Assembly (NCBI GenBank): GCA_040879785.1
Contig: JBBDJR010000004.1
Location: 14,778-78,777 of the forward strand
DNA: 64,000 nucleotides
Source of the DNA: Candidatus Pacearchaeota archaeon
GTDB lineage: Archaea; Nanobdellota; Nanobdellia; Pacearchaeales; GW2011-AR1
Reading direction: 5' to 3'
Shown here: in pieces, positions 8,792-18,155 of the stretch
Numbering within the stretch: position 1 is the first letter of the stretch
Layout of the letters: each line of letters opens with the position of its first letter
The notes under the pieces: model-generated
What the model saw: the letters and a program-made list of their open reading frames with translations, nothing else
The model's database searches: none
Told to the model about the DNA's origin: nothing
Position numbers and translations under genes: made by a program

Positions 8792-9179
8792 TCTTGAAAA
8801 GTTTATTAACTATTTTTTTAATCTTCTCTTCATGGTTTATGTAAAAATTTCCGCTTTCCTTCCTTCCGTAATAAACCGTTCCGTGCCTGAATCTTCTCAT
8901 TCTATCAAGAATTTCCAAATCACTTTCGTTAAGCCCGTAATCTTTTGATAAGAATTTTATCAGAGATATATGACTAAGTGTTTTATATCCTCTGAGATAC
9001 ATTAATGCTGTCATAATCTGGATGGAAATCTCGTAATACTCTTCAAGAATTCTATAAGTAATGTCTCTTGGAATTGATTTTATTACCAATCTTAATCTTT
9101 CATCAGCCATTTCAAGTAAATCTCGGGCTCTTGCCAAGTCCTTGCTAATCTTAAACACATCTCTATTAGATTCTGCCAT
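8754..9179 (-). CDS. HEPN-domain protein
   Basis: Helical; GYKTLSH motif and RHGTVYYG degenerate R-X4-(H/Y); coupled to MNT. Confidence 0.75.
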   Translation of the reverse strand: MAESNRDVFKISKDLARARDLLEMADERLRLVIKSIPRDITYRILEEYYEISIQIMTALMYLRGYKTLSHISLIKFLSKDYGLNESDLEILDRMRRFRHGTVYYGRKESGNFYINHEEKIKKIVNKLFKIAKKNLGAEDEK

Positions 9180-9678
9180 ATAAAATCCACCCTCTTTTTA
9201 GGTTGTCTCTGATATTTTTATCCGCCCTATTGACATCTTTTACAAAAGTAATATGGATGTTTCTGCTTAATCTTTTTTCGTATTTTCCAAGAGGAATCTC
9301 TTTTTTTATTTTACTAATTACTACTAAATCCACATCGCTTTCTTCAATATCTTCCCCTTTTTGATATGATCCAAAAAGAATAATCGCCTTAGGACCAATT
9401 TTTTCCGCAATCTCTTTTTTAAGAGTGATTAGCGAGTAAAGGTTGTAAACCTGTTTATATGAGATAAATTTCTCGTTTTCTCTGTTAGCCACAAATCCAT
9501 TGAAAGGCTTGGATTCTTTCTTCTCTATGAGATTCTCTTTTTCCATTGTTTTTATATGGTTTCTGACAGAGGTTTGGGCAAGGTCTATCTTTCTGCTTAT
9601 TTCCCTAATAAAATGAACTTTCGTAGGCTCTTTAAAAAAAACTTCAAGAACTCTTATATAGCTACAATTTTGTATCAT
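9166..9678 (-). CDS. HTH + minimal nucleotidyltransferase (MNT antitoxin)
   Basis: N-terminal wHTH, LFGSYQKGEDIEESDVDL motif. Confidence 0.9.
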   Translation of the reverse strand: MIQNCSYIRVLEVFFKEPTKVHFIREISRKIDLAQTSVRNHIKTMEKENLIEKKESKPFNGFVANRENEKFISYKQVYNLYSLITLKKEIAEKIGPKAIILFGSYQKGEDIEESDVDLVVISKIKKEIPLGKYEKRLSRNIHITFVKDVNRADKNIRDNLKRGWILYGRI

Positions 9679-9719
9679 ATGATATATTAATGTTTATATA
9701 TGTATATAAATGTACCGAT

Positions 9720-10256
9720 TTACTCCTGCCTTTTTATTATAACCTCAGCCTCGCCAAATTCTTTAATCAACACCAACTCAAGAGTCCCTCCGTTGTTTTC
9801 AATACAAAACGGATTTTCTTGATTTGTTGTTTCTCCAATATCAATATTTCTAATCTCTACGGATTCAGTCTCGGCGGACCCGATAGGATAAAACACAAGA
9901 TTATCCTCGTCAAGAGCCCTGAATTTCAAATCTTCAAACAATCCGTCATCGCTTCCAGTTCCTTTATCTGCATCACTATCAATAAAACAAACCATTTCTA
10001 TTCTTGAAGGAAGATTATACTCTCTTTCCTGAGAGCCTCCCTGACTTTTCCACATCGTATCAACATCAGACCTAAAATCATCCACGAACACGCCGACTTC
10101 CGCAGTTCTCTGTATCCCTAAAAAAGTACTTATCGCATAAAACGCAAACACAAGAAAAATCACTATAAGTATCACCGAAAAAATCATCCCGAAAGATAAT
10201 TTAATCTGCCCTTTCTTTACCTCTTCACTCTTCTCAAACAACCCTCTTTTATCCAT
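9720..10256 (-). CDS. Class III signal peptide (pilin-like) protein
   Basis: KKG/QIKLSFGMIFSVILIVIFLVF. Confidence 0.75.
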   Translation of the reverse strand: MDKRGLFEKSEEVKKGQIKLSFGMIFSVILIVIFLVFAFYAISTFLGIQRTAEVGVFVDDFRSDVDTMWKSQGGSQEREYNLPSRIEMVCFIDSDADKGTGSDDGLFEDLKFRALDEDNLVFYPIGSAETESVEIRNIDIGETTNQENPFCIENNGGTLELVLIKEFGEAEVIIKRQE

Positions 10257-10512
10257 AAAAACAAAAGATAAAATAAGTTTATTAATTTAATGATATCGTC
10301 AAGGATTGATTATATTTAGAAAACGTAAGGTCTTAACAGCCTGTGAGTTGTGTAGTGGAGAAGGTGACTCTCTACTAATTGGTTTAGGAGAATATTTATC
10401 TACTAAATCAATCATTTTCCTAAACTTTTCTAAATATTCTTTTGCGTTTTTTTCAGCGTCGGGAATTATTTAATCTTGATTCTATTGTTTCTATGTATTA
10501 CTAATATATCCT

Positions 10513-12756
10513 CTAAGAAACATCATATGGTCTGACAGTAATACTACACTCGTCGGGTTTTGTTGGCCTGTTTCCGAACCCATCTGCACATTTTATGTAG
10601 AAGTTTCTGTTGGATTGCCAGTTTGTTGAGTGCTCTGTGTCTCCCTCGCTAGGATTCATCTTATCTCCTTTTTCAAAAGGATATCCACACCCAAGACTTA
10701 GATCGTTACTATAAACACACTCTGCCTCCTCATTAGTTATAATATTTAGATTTCCGCTACTCTGGAAGACTCTTACTACTCCCGGCGCTTGAATGTCCGT
10801 TTCCACTGTGAAGCTTATTTGGGTTGTGTCGGAGTTTCCTCCAGAGTCTGTACATCTTATATCGTAAGAGTAAGAGCCCGCGGAAAGATCAAGTCTCTGA
10901 CTATGTTCATGAGATCCTGTTTCTATAAAATTACTAAATCTATTTTCTCCTGCAGGACTGAAACTACATAGGGATTCTCCCCTATTGGCTCCTGCAGACG
11001 TTTTGACTTCAAGTTCTACTTTAATCACGTTAGTAGAATCTTTGATTGTTGTCGCATTAGGTCCTGCAGAGTCAAGTACTAATGGTTGAGTGCCGATTAT
11101 TCTTAAATGATATGGGATTTCGTTTGCATTTCTTTGATTCTCCTCTTCTGTTCCTTCAAGGTGTGGCTGATCTTTACAGCTTATATAAAAGTCGTTATTG
11201 TCTCTGTTTCTTAATCCTGTCAATTCAGTGTTACATCTGTATTCTCCAAGAGAAGTTGACTCAAGAGCACTCTCTGGACAGTCCATCTGGTTTTCTTCGG
11301 GCATATCCTCGTAGCTTTGTTCAAGTCTGCTCCACCTACACTCTGCAGGTTCATTTACAAATATTGAGGATCTGACAGACGATTGGTTAAATGCTATGTG
11401 ACTATTATCTGAAGGAAGGGTGTTAGTTATCACTGGTTCTTCAGTATCAGGCCCATCATCTACACAGAATCTAAACTGGAAATCTGCAGTATTTGAGTAT
11501 CCTTGGGGAGTTTGACATCTGACATAAAGAGAGATTTCTCCCCCATGCTGATAAGTTATGTTTTCTGCGGCAAGTGATTGATGGCTTGGAAGACTCATTC
11601 TGAATTGATGAGATTCATCAGACATTCCTCCACTCATAAATATATTTTGCATATCTTCAAACGTGCTTGCCCTTCCACTTACCGGAACAATTTTACATCT
11701 TGCATTTTTATCAAGCTCAACTCCAAACTCTAATGGAGTGAAAGGCGCTACACACCCACTATCTCCTTCATTTCTGACTATTTCAACACCTTTATGAGGT
11801 GGGTTAATTGCATCATCATCAGAGTAACTATAGCCTTCTGTCAAAACGTCATTCCAAGGCTCAATCACAGCAGGTTTTATATCATCTCTATCAACAAATT
11901 CACACTTTTTATTTTCTGTTCCTTCGTTGATTATTTCACAAGATTGTCCTAAACTCTTACACCTGTACTCTGTACAAGGAATCTCTTCATCATTACAAAG
12001 CTCACAATTTTCTCCTCCAAGTGGAGCGTCCCAAGGATAACACGAGAATGAAACAGAATCGTATCTTGCTTGCTTAAAAGACATGACTTTGTAGAGAATT
12101 CCAATTGTTGCCACTATTGGTCCCAGTGCTGGTACCGCTCCCCATAAAATAGTGCTTGTTAGAAAGTTTTCAACTCCTAAAAGACCGAGGGTTTTTGCAG
12201 TAGTTGCCCCAACTACATATCCCCAGAAAGCCCCTTTTCCTGCGGATTCAGAGAGTTCTGGACTTGCTCCTGCTATCTGGAAACCATATTGGGTTAGACC
12301 TTTAACCGCAAAAGCATAGGCTGCGTTAGCAGCCGCATATCCTAGCGTATTCCATAAAACTCCCCATCCTGCACCACTTCCTATTGAAGCTGTTGTAGGA
12401 TCAAGAACAGCTCCAATTCCTGAAGGGGAAGAGGTTTCTCCTCCTGTTGTAGCCTCAAGAGTCCCTTCTGCATCTCCTATATTAATTCGTTCAAGTATTT
12501 TATCGCTCGCTATATTTGCTCCTATAGGGACCCCTATATCTGTGATTGGATTTACACTTCTTCTGTTTATCTGGCCTGTTTCACCTTCTGCTGCCCCATT
12601 ATCAAAATCAGAATCTCCTTCTTGTGCACTCACAGAAGGCAAGCTGCTCCCTAAAAAATATGAGAAAGAAAATATAGCAACTACTAGAATAAATATTTGA
12701 GTTATTGCAACTATCCTCTGATTCTTTTCCGATTTCTCTTTTTTTGGTTTAATCAT
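10513..12756 (-). CDS. Large secreted Cys-rich protein with Gly/Ala-rich hydrophobic segment and Ig-like C-terminal domains
   Basis: Signal peptide; hydrophobic stretch at about aa 110-225; CELC...CTEYRCKSLGQSC; repeated beta-rich domains. Confidence 0.75.
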   Translation of the reverse strand: MIKPKKEKSEKNQRIVAITQIFILVVAIFSFSYFLGSSLPSVSAQEGDSDFDNGAAEGETGQINRRSVNPITDIGVPIGANIASDKILERINIGDAEGTLEATTGGETSSPSGIGAVLDPTTASIGSGAGWGVLWNTLGYAAANAAYAFAVKGLTQYGFQIAGASPELSESAGKGAFWGYVVGATTAKTLGLLGVENFLTSTILWGAVPALGPIVATIGILYKVMSFKQARYDSVSFSCYPWDAPLGGENCELCNDEEIPCTEYRCKSLGQSCEIINEGTENKKCEFVDRDDIKPAVIEPWNDVLTEGYSYSDDDAINPPHKGVEIVRNEGDSGCVAPFTPLEFGVELDKNARCKIVPVSGRASTFEDMQNIFMSGGMSDESHQFRMSLPSHQSLAAENITYQHGGEISLYVRCQTPQGYSNTADFQFRFCVDDGPDTEEPVITNTLPSDNSHIAFNQSSVRSSIFVNEPAECRWSRLEQSYEDMPEENQMDCPESALESTSLGEYRCNTELTGLRNRDNNDFYISCKDQPHLEGTEEENQRNANEIPYHLRIIGTQPLVLDSAGPNATTIKDSTNVIKVELEVKTSAGANRGESLCSFSPAGENRFSNFIETGSHEHSQRLDLSAGSYSYDIRCTDSGGNSDTTQISFTVETDIQAPGVVRVFQSSGNLNIITNEEAECVYSNDLSLGCGYPFEKGDKMNPSEGDTEHSTNWQSNRNFYIKCADGFGNRPTKPDECSITVRPYDVS

Positions 12757-12765
12757 TTTATTCTA

Positions 12766-14517
12766 TCATTCTATATTTCTATCTAATTCAACTAATTCTT
12801 CTTTTTCCCAGTATCCTTCAACTCCAAGGTAATTCTTACCACTTCCACAATCTCCAAGCGCCATACACATATTACTTCTATCTTCGAACCATTCACTATC
12901 CAGTATGCTTGAAAAGGTGCTATCCACACCCTCTCTTCTATTGTCTTCTGAAAGACCTACGCAGTGGCAGTTTTCCACACATTTCCAATCGCTAGGCTTT
13001 ACTATGCTCTTATATATTGTTCTCTCGAATTTTACAACACAATTTTCATTTGCTACCATACATGCTTCTTGGGAACTTCCTTCAGAATTCCAAAAATCAA
13101 GTCCAGGAGGATACCTTGGGACGCATGACGCTCCTTCTTCACTATCTGACTCACTTCTTGGAACTAACGCCCCCTCTTCATTAATTACCATAAGATTTCC
13201 TTCATCTTCATCCCTTAATATACTCTGACCTTCTTTCCACATACAATCTCTTTGCTGAATATCTTCACATTCTTGTTGGTTGTCTATTGTCCAACAATCC
13301 TGCCATTTGTTAGCTCTAAATTCTGCAATCCTGAATGGGCCCCCTTCTGTCTGAATTTCATCTTCAATGCAAACAGTTTGTCTTGGATCTCCTGCCTCCT
13401 CAATAAGGATTTCTCCGGACGAACAGTGGAGCCTGTAATGCTCACTTCCTGGAGAATTTTCTTCTACCCTCTCTTCAGTAGTTGTTGAACACCATCTCTC
13501 TCCGTCAAAGTACCTTTCTCCGTTGAAATTACAACTTAAATCGCTACATACAAAATTACCGTAATCAGGACTGACAGATGTCTGCTCATTTCCTCTTTCA
13601 TATCTCCTTCCAATACTCCCCGCAAGATCGTCGCAATTCCCGCACTGACCTGCATTTGAAAAATCAGAATTAAGTGAGCAGCTCTCTCGAGGTTCAATTA
13701 CATTAGTCCAGTAATCTTGATCTGTTGGATTTATTTTTGAAGCATCATAAACATTTGCTATATTTCCACAAGTGTCAGTAAAGAAAACTTCTGGCCTACC
13801 TTCTACGAGAGTTGTTTCCCTACTCGGTCCGCAAACAGTTCCAAGAGCTTCTGCAGAACACAAAAATCCCTCATGGAATTCAACGTCAGTTTCATCTCCT
13901 GAGTTTGCCTCCTCTGTTTGACATTCTTCTCTTGTCAGCATTCTACAGTCTCTAGAGAACTCATCATCAAAAACACAAGCGCCTTTCTCTTGAGGAGATG
14001 CCATTCCTACACATTGGATAGGGTCCTGTATATCTCCTCTAAAAGTTGTCTCAGCTCCATATAATGATGAAATACTAGTACATCTTGTCTGGGTTACAAA
14101 GGATGCTCCATCACCTGCAAGACAACAACCTAACTGGCATTGTGGTGTAATTTCACTTCTTTCTCTTTCATCCCATGAGCCCCCACTATCTTCACAAACT
14201 CTTCTTGGAACATTTTGACTACATAACCCTTCTGCACTATCTACACATGTTCCAAGTTGACAATATGCTGCAGAATCACATGAGGTCTCCAAATATTCAT
14301 AGTCTGTGTCAACTTCATCAAGAGGAACATTTTGACACCATGCTCCGCTTGTTGTCCTCTCAGCACAGTATGAAACTTCTTGTGCGGAGACATTCATCGA
14401 AAATGAAAAAATAATTGTTAAGAAAAGTATAGATGATACTAACAGAATAAATTTTCTCTTTTTATATTTAGATTCTCTTTCCATTTTATTCGGATCCTGC
14501 AGAAGGTCCGTAACCAT
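12766..14517 (-). CDS. Secreted Cys-rich protein
   Basis: Signal peptide ending VSA; very many Cys; acidic. Confidence 0.8.
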   Translation of the reverse strand: MVTDLLQDPNKMERESKYKKRKFILLVSSILFLTIIFSFSMNVSAQEVSYCAERTTSGAWCQNVPLDEVDTDYEYLETSCDSAAYCQLGTCVDSAEGLCSQNVPRRVCEDSGGSWDERERSEITPQCQLGCCLAGDGASFVTQTRCTSISSLYGAETTFRGDIQDPIQCVGMASPQEKGACVFDDEFSRDCRMLTREECQTEEANSGDETDVEFHEGFLCSAEALGTVCGPSRETTLVEGRPEVFFTDTCGNIANVYDASKINPTDQDYWTNVIEPRESCSLNSDFSNAGQCGNCDDLAGSIGRRYERGNEQTSVSPDYGNFVCSDLSCNFNGERYFDGERWCSTTTEERVEENSPGSEHYRLHCSSGEILIEEAGDPRQTVCIEDEIQTEGGPFRIAEFRANKWQDCWTIDNQQECEDIQQRDCMWKEGQSILRDEDEGNLMVINEEGALVPRSESDSEEGASCVPRYPPGLDFWNSEGSSQEACMVANENCVVKFERTIYKSIVKPSDWKCVENCHCVGLSEDNRREGVDSTFSSILDSEWFEDRSNMCMALGDCGSGKNYLGVEGYWEKEELVELDRNIE

Positions 14518-15301
14518 AAGGCTTTACAACACTTCTAGTTGCGAATTGAAATTTATCTTCTGTATTTGTATTAGTTATTATGTAAACTGCTGTTCCATAC
14601 TCTGGACTTCTTTTTTCAAACTGTAGATGTCTATAAAGAGCATCATAAAACAAATTCTCTTCTCTCCCCGATTTTTCTTCTTCAATCATGCTGTGAGTAA
14701 TCATAACTAGTTCATAAAGATTATTGTTTAAAACTACATTAAAATCCTCAAATCTTTCAGTATCTGTTCTTGAAACAGTGAGAACGTGGCTCATATTAAC
14801 AATAATCCTATTAGGAAGCAGATTAACACTTGTTGCTCCTTGATCAGGGTCTGTTTCATAGTTTCTTTCATCATAGCTTGCAACAAGAGAATTAAAACAA
14901 TCTTCAACATATCCTTTTCCTACTAACTCTTTCTCAATTTCAGATTCAATGTGCCGTTTCAGTAAAGGTTGCTGTTCTGTGCATCCTGTGAGATCTTCAT
15001 TAGTATAACATAAATATGCAATGTCTACTCCATTAAAAGTTATATTAAGATATCCAGGCTCAATACTCCCACCCTGCAACGAGACCTTTTCTACAATATC
15101 TTTTAAGTCATCTTCTAAACATGTTTGCATAAATGCCTGAGGATTCGTTTCGTCGAAATCAGGAGTGTCTGTCCTCAATTCCGGAGATAAGAAAAAGAAC
15201 AACGCTGCCGCGCCGACAACTAAAAGTGCAATGATTATAAACAAAGTCACCTGACCCTTTTTATCATTAAGATAACCAAATAATTCTCCCCTTTTATTCA
15301 T
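14486..15301 (-). CDS. Class III signal peptide (pilin-like) protein
   Basis: KKG/QVTLFIIIALLVVG. Confidence 0.8.
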   Translation of the reverse strand: MNKRGELFGYLNDKKGQVTLFIIIALLVVGAAALFFFLSPELRTDTPDFDETNPQAFMQTCLEDDLKDIVEKVSLQGGSIEPGYLNITFNGVDIAYLCYTNEDLTGCTEQQPLLKRHIESEIEKELVGKGYVEDCFNSLVASYDERNYETDPDQGATSVNLLPNRIIVNMSHVLTVSRTDTERFEDFNVVLNNNLYELVMITHSMIEEEKSGREENLFYDALYRHLQFEKRSPEYGTAVYIITNTNTEDKFQFATRSVVKPYGYGPSAGSE

Positions 15302-15335
15302 GGATTTTATAAGGAAATTTTATTTATAAATCTTG

Positions 15336-17147
15336 TTAGGATTTAGAGGTTTTAGAAGATTTATTTTTTTTCTTTTGATTCTTATTATTTGAGTCATTCA
15401 CTACTAAAATCGTTAACAAAACTATTAAGAGAACGAACGTGGCAGTTATTGCACCGCCATTAGTTTTAATCAACGTCCCCACCACAGCACCGGTTATTCT
15501 ATCGAGAAAACTGTTCTCTACTTCTTCAACGACCTCTTCTTCAACCTGTTTTTCAACAACACAATCTTGAACTTCGTCAGGTTTTTCTTCTCTCGGCTCA
15601 CACCATCCCTCGGGATAAGAGCAGGTTCTTGTTTGTTTTCCGTTTTTATTGCAGACGCTCCACTCGTCACATTCCCACTCAGTCACACAAAATCCCCCTC
15701 CTCCGCCAGAACTTGAAGAAGTTGTCTGGCTACTCTGGGAAGATTCTTTTTCAAAAACAGAAAAGATTGTAAAGTGATTCACCGTTACGGAAATTGTTTT
15801 CTCTGTCTTGTTTATCGTCGGATTAGGAACCAATTGCCAGGAATCGTCTGTCTCATTAAAGAAATAAACATCCAATTCGTCCTCGTCGGAAACGCCTGAA
15901 CTGTCATAATCAAAGGTCAGTGTAACATTAAAGTCTTCGTTTTTAAGCTCATCAGACGTTATGTTAAAGAATTTGCTCGCACTCTCAAAACCCGAAGTGC
16001 TGAAGTTTGTTTCGTTGTTTTCTGTTATGTTTAATGTGAAAAACTTGGCTGGGTTGTTTATGAACTCAAGGGAAATTTCATCAGGAGTGATTATTAACGG
16101 TTTGATAAATTCAATAACAAACCAAGAGCTGTTAACTATGTTATTTGAAATTCCTTTTTGTAATTGAAGATTTGTTTCGTTTGTTAATGTGCTTGTTAAA
16201 AAAGATTGACCATAAAAGGTATTCCGTGTACTAAAACTATTTGATTGTAAAGTGGAAGATTTTGATAAATTAATTTCACTTATTTCTATGTTTTGTGGAG
16301 AATCTCCCGTAAATGAATGGATCCCCTTCTGAACACTTATATCTGGATGACTTATTACAAACCAGCTCAACGTTGTTATTCCCTCATCTAATTCCCTTTG
16401 TAATCCTATATTTGTTTCATTAATAAAATAAGATCTTATTAAAGTATTTCTAGCAGCCGTTACAGTAGACCTCTTCATTGCATAAATAAAACTCTTATCT
16501 AAGTCAACTTCGTTGATGCCTAGTGTGGCATTTGAAGAACCAGAATGTAAGGGGGTGAACCCTCTTTGGATATTTGCTCCCTCCCAATAAACAACTTGCC
16601 AAGAGACAGTTGAAACATTTCCTACTACATCTCTTGTTAAATTAAATCCTGTTTCATTAATAAATTCTGTAGTCCAAAAACCGCGCACATTTTGATTGTT
16701 TTCCGTTGCATTCAATCTGTTTGAAATTAAGATAAAACTTTTATTTAGATTTATTTCATTGATATCAATATGTATAGAATTTGTCGACGAAGAGGAAGTT
16801 TCTATTTGTCCTCTCTGGACGTTAAAGTCAGAATTTTCAATAACTTCCCAAGAGACTACTGTTTCCTCAGAACCAAACTTTTCAAATTGCAATAAAGTTT
16901 CATTTACTAATGTTCCAGTTATCTGGAGATCTCCTGGAGAGGATCTTGACGACTTTGTTGATAATAAAACAATTGATTTTGAAGGATTAACTTCATTTAT
17001 TGTCACGTTCAAGATAGGAGAATCCATTACTTCAACTCCCCTTTGAACATCATTAGCACTAACAAAACCAGCATTCGCTAATAATACAAAAAATATAAAC
17101 GTTAAGATTAAGACTCCAAACATAGAGCCTTTCTTATTAAACCTCAT
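15336..17147 (-). CDS. Surface adhesin-like protein: three tandem repeats, beta-sandwich, TSP1-like Cys motif, C-terminal TM
   Basis: Repeats VQRG...IN...KS...NET...SW.V; CVTEWECDEWSVC...QTRTC; many N-X-S/T sequons. Confidence 0.75.
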   Translation of the reverse strand: MRFNKKGSMFGVLILTFIFFVLLANAGFVSANDVQRGVEVMDSPILNVTINEVNPSKSIVLLSTKSSRSSPGDLQITGTLVNETLLQFEKFGSEETVVSWEVIENSDFNVQRGQIETSSSSTNSIHIDINEINLNKSFILISNRLNATENNQNVRGFWTTEFINETGFNLTRDVVGNVSTVSWQVVYWEGANIQRGFTPLHSGSSNATLGINEVDLDKSFIYAMKRSTVTAARNTLIRSYFINETNIGLQRELDEGITTLSWFVISHPDISVQKGIHSFTGDSPQNIEISEINLSKSSTLQSNSFSTRNTFYGQSFLTSTLTNETNLQLQKGISNNIVNSSWFVIEFIKPLIITPDEISLEFINNPAKFFTLNITENNETNFSTSGFESASKFFNITSDELKNEDFNVTLTFDYDSSGVSDEDELDVYFFNETDDSWQLVPNPTINKTEKTISVTVNHFTIFSVFEKESSQSSQTTSSSSGGGGGFCVTEWECDEWSVCNKNGKQTRTCSYPEGWCEPREEKPDEVQDCVVEKQVEEEVVEEVENSFLDRITGAVVGTLIKTNGGAITATFVLLIVLLTILVVNDSNNKNQKKKNKSSKTSKS

Positions 17148-17314
17148 TTTTAATAAAACGACATAAGAAAGAGCATCTTAAAAAGTTTTTTAATTTCCTC
17201 TAGAAAATATTTTCTATCTTTATTAGGTAGATAAATCCTCCTCCTTAATCCTCTGCTCAAATCAGCACCTCTTATTCTTTTGACATCATAGTAAAGCGCT
17301 AATCCTCGGTCTCA

Positions 17315-17338
17315 AACTTGACCACGCCTGGGCGAGTT
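17315..17338. repeat. 24-bp sequence identical to 53166-53189
   Basis: AACTTGACCACGCCTGGGCGAGTT present at both loci. Confidence 0.85.
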
Positions 17339-18063
17339 CAATCTTCTGTTTCAACTCTCGGAGCAAGAATAAATGAGAGCTCCATGAAATTGTTTTTGAC
17401 ATCCATTCTCAAAGGATGATCATTCGCAAATTTAAGAACTACCTTATCGTTAAGTTTCGCTCCTTTTATGAATTTCTGAAGATATTCAAGACTATAACGT
17501 GACTTGCAATCTTCCGCAGAAATCCTAGCCTCGTCACTTGAAAACTCCGACATTGCAGAATTAAGTCCTTTAGCTTCAACAGTGAATTTCCCATTTTTTA
17601 TTGTAAATGAGCAGGCGTCAGCGACAACGAGGCAGTCCTCAACGGAATCAGAGAAATCCTGAGAACTTAACTCAACTTCTGCCGCGAACTCAAGTTTTGG
17701 CATTTCCTTTTCCTCAGAATCTATCTCGATAAGACTTAAATTAAAATTCCTTTTTATTCTGTCTTGTATGCTAATATTAAGAAGGTTCTCTTTTTTCTCA
17801 ATAAGAAGTGTGCTCGTCGAACCGCACCTCTTTAAAATTCTCTTTAGATTATCCAGATTTATTCCAAGAACTTCCTTGTCTGCCTCAAACATAGAAAAAG
17901 AACTTTTAGGAATGATAAAATTAACCATCGCAACGTTCGCAGGGTCCATCGCAGTTATACCGAGACCGGATTCATCCACTTTTATTCTTACTTCTGTAAC
18001 CAGCTCGGAAATAAGATCAATTGCTTTTGCCAGAGGACCCGGGTTTTCTAATTTGATTAGCAT
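17338..18063 (-). CDS. pcn: DNA polymerase sliding clamp PCNA
   Basis: AMDPANVAMV, YSLEYL, FILAPRVE motifs. Confidence 0.97.
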   Translation of the reverse strand: MLIKLENPGPLAKAIDLISELVTEVRIKVDESGLGITAMDPANVAMVNFIIPKSSFSMFEADKEVLGINLDNLKRILKRCGSTSTLLIEKKENLLNISIQDRIKRNFNLSLIEIDSEEKEMPKLEFAAEVELSSQDFSDSVEDCLVVADACSFTIKNGKFTVEAKGLNSAMSEFSSDEARISAEDCKSRYSLEYLQKFIKGAKLNDKVVLKFANDHPLRMDVKNNFMELSFILAPRVETED

Positions 18064-18155
18064 TTTAGGAAAAAAGATGCATTGCTTTTAAGCATTGCTA
18101 TCCTACAATAAACAATATGGATTAATTATATAAATCTTTCACACCCCTTAAAGTC

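Noticed and set aside
10300..10470. Gene remnant (IIPDAEKNAKEYLEKFRKMI...) on minus strand
   Set aside because: No convincing start or family assignment; too short to call
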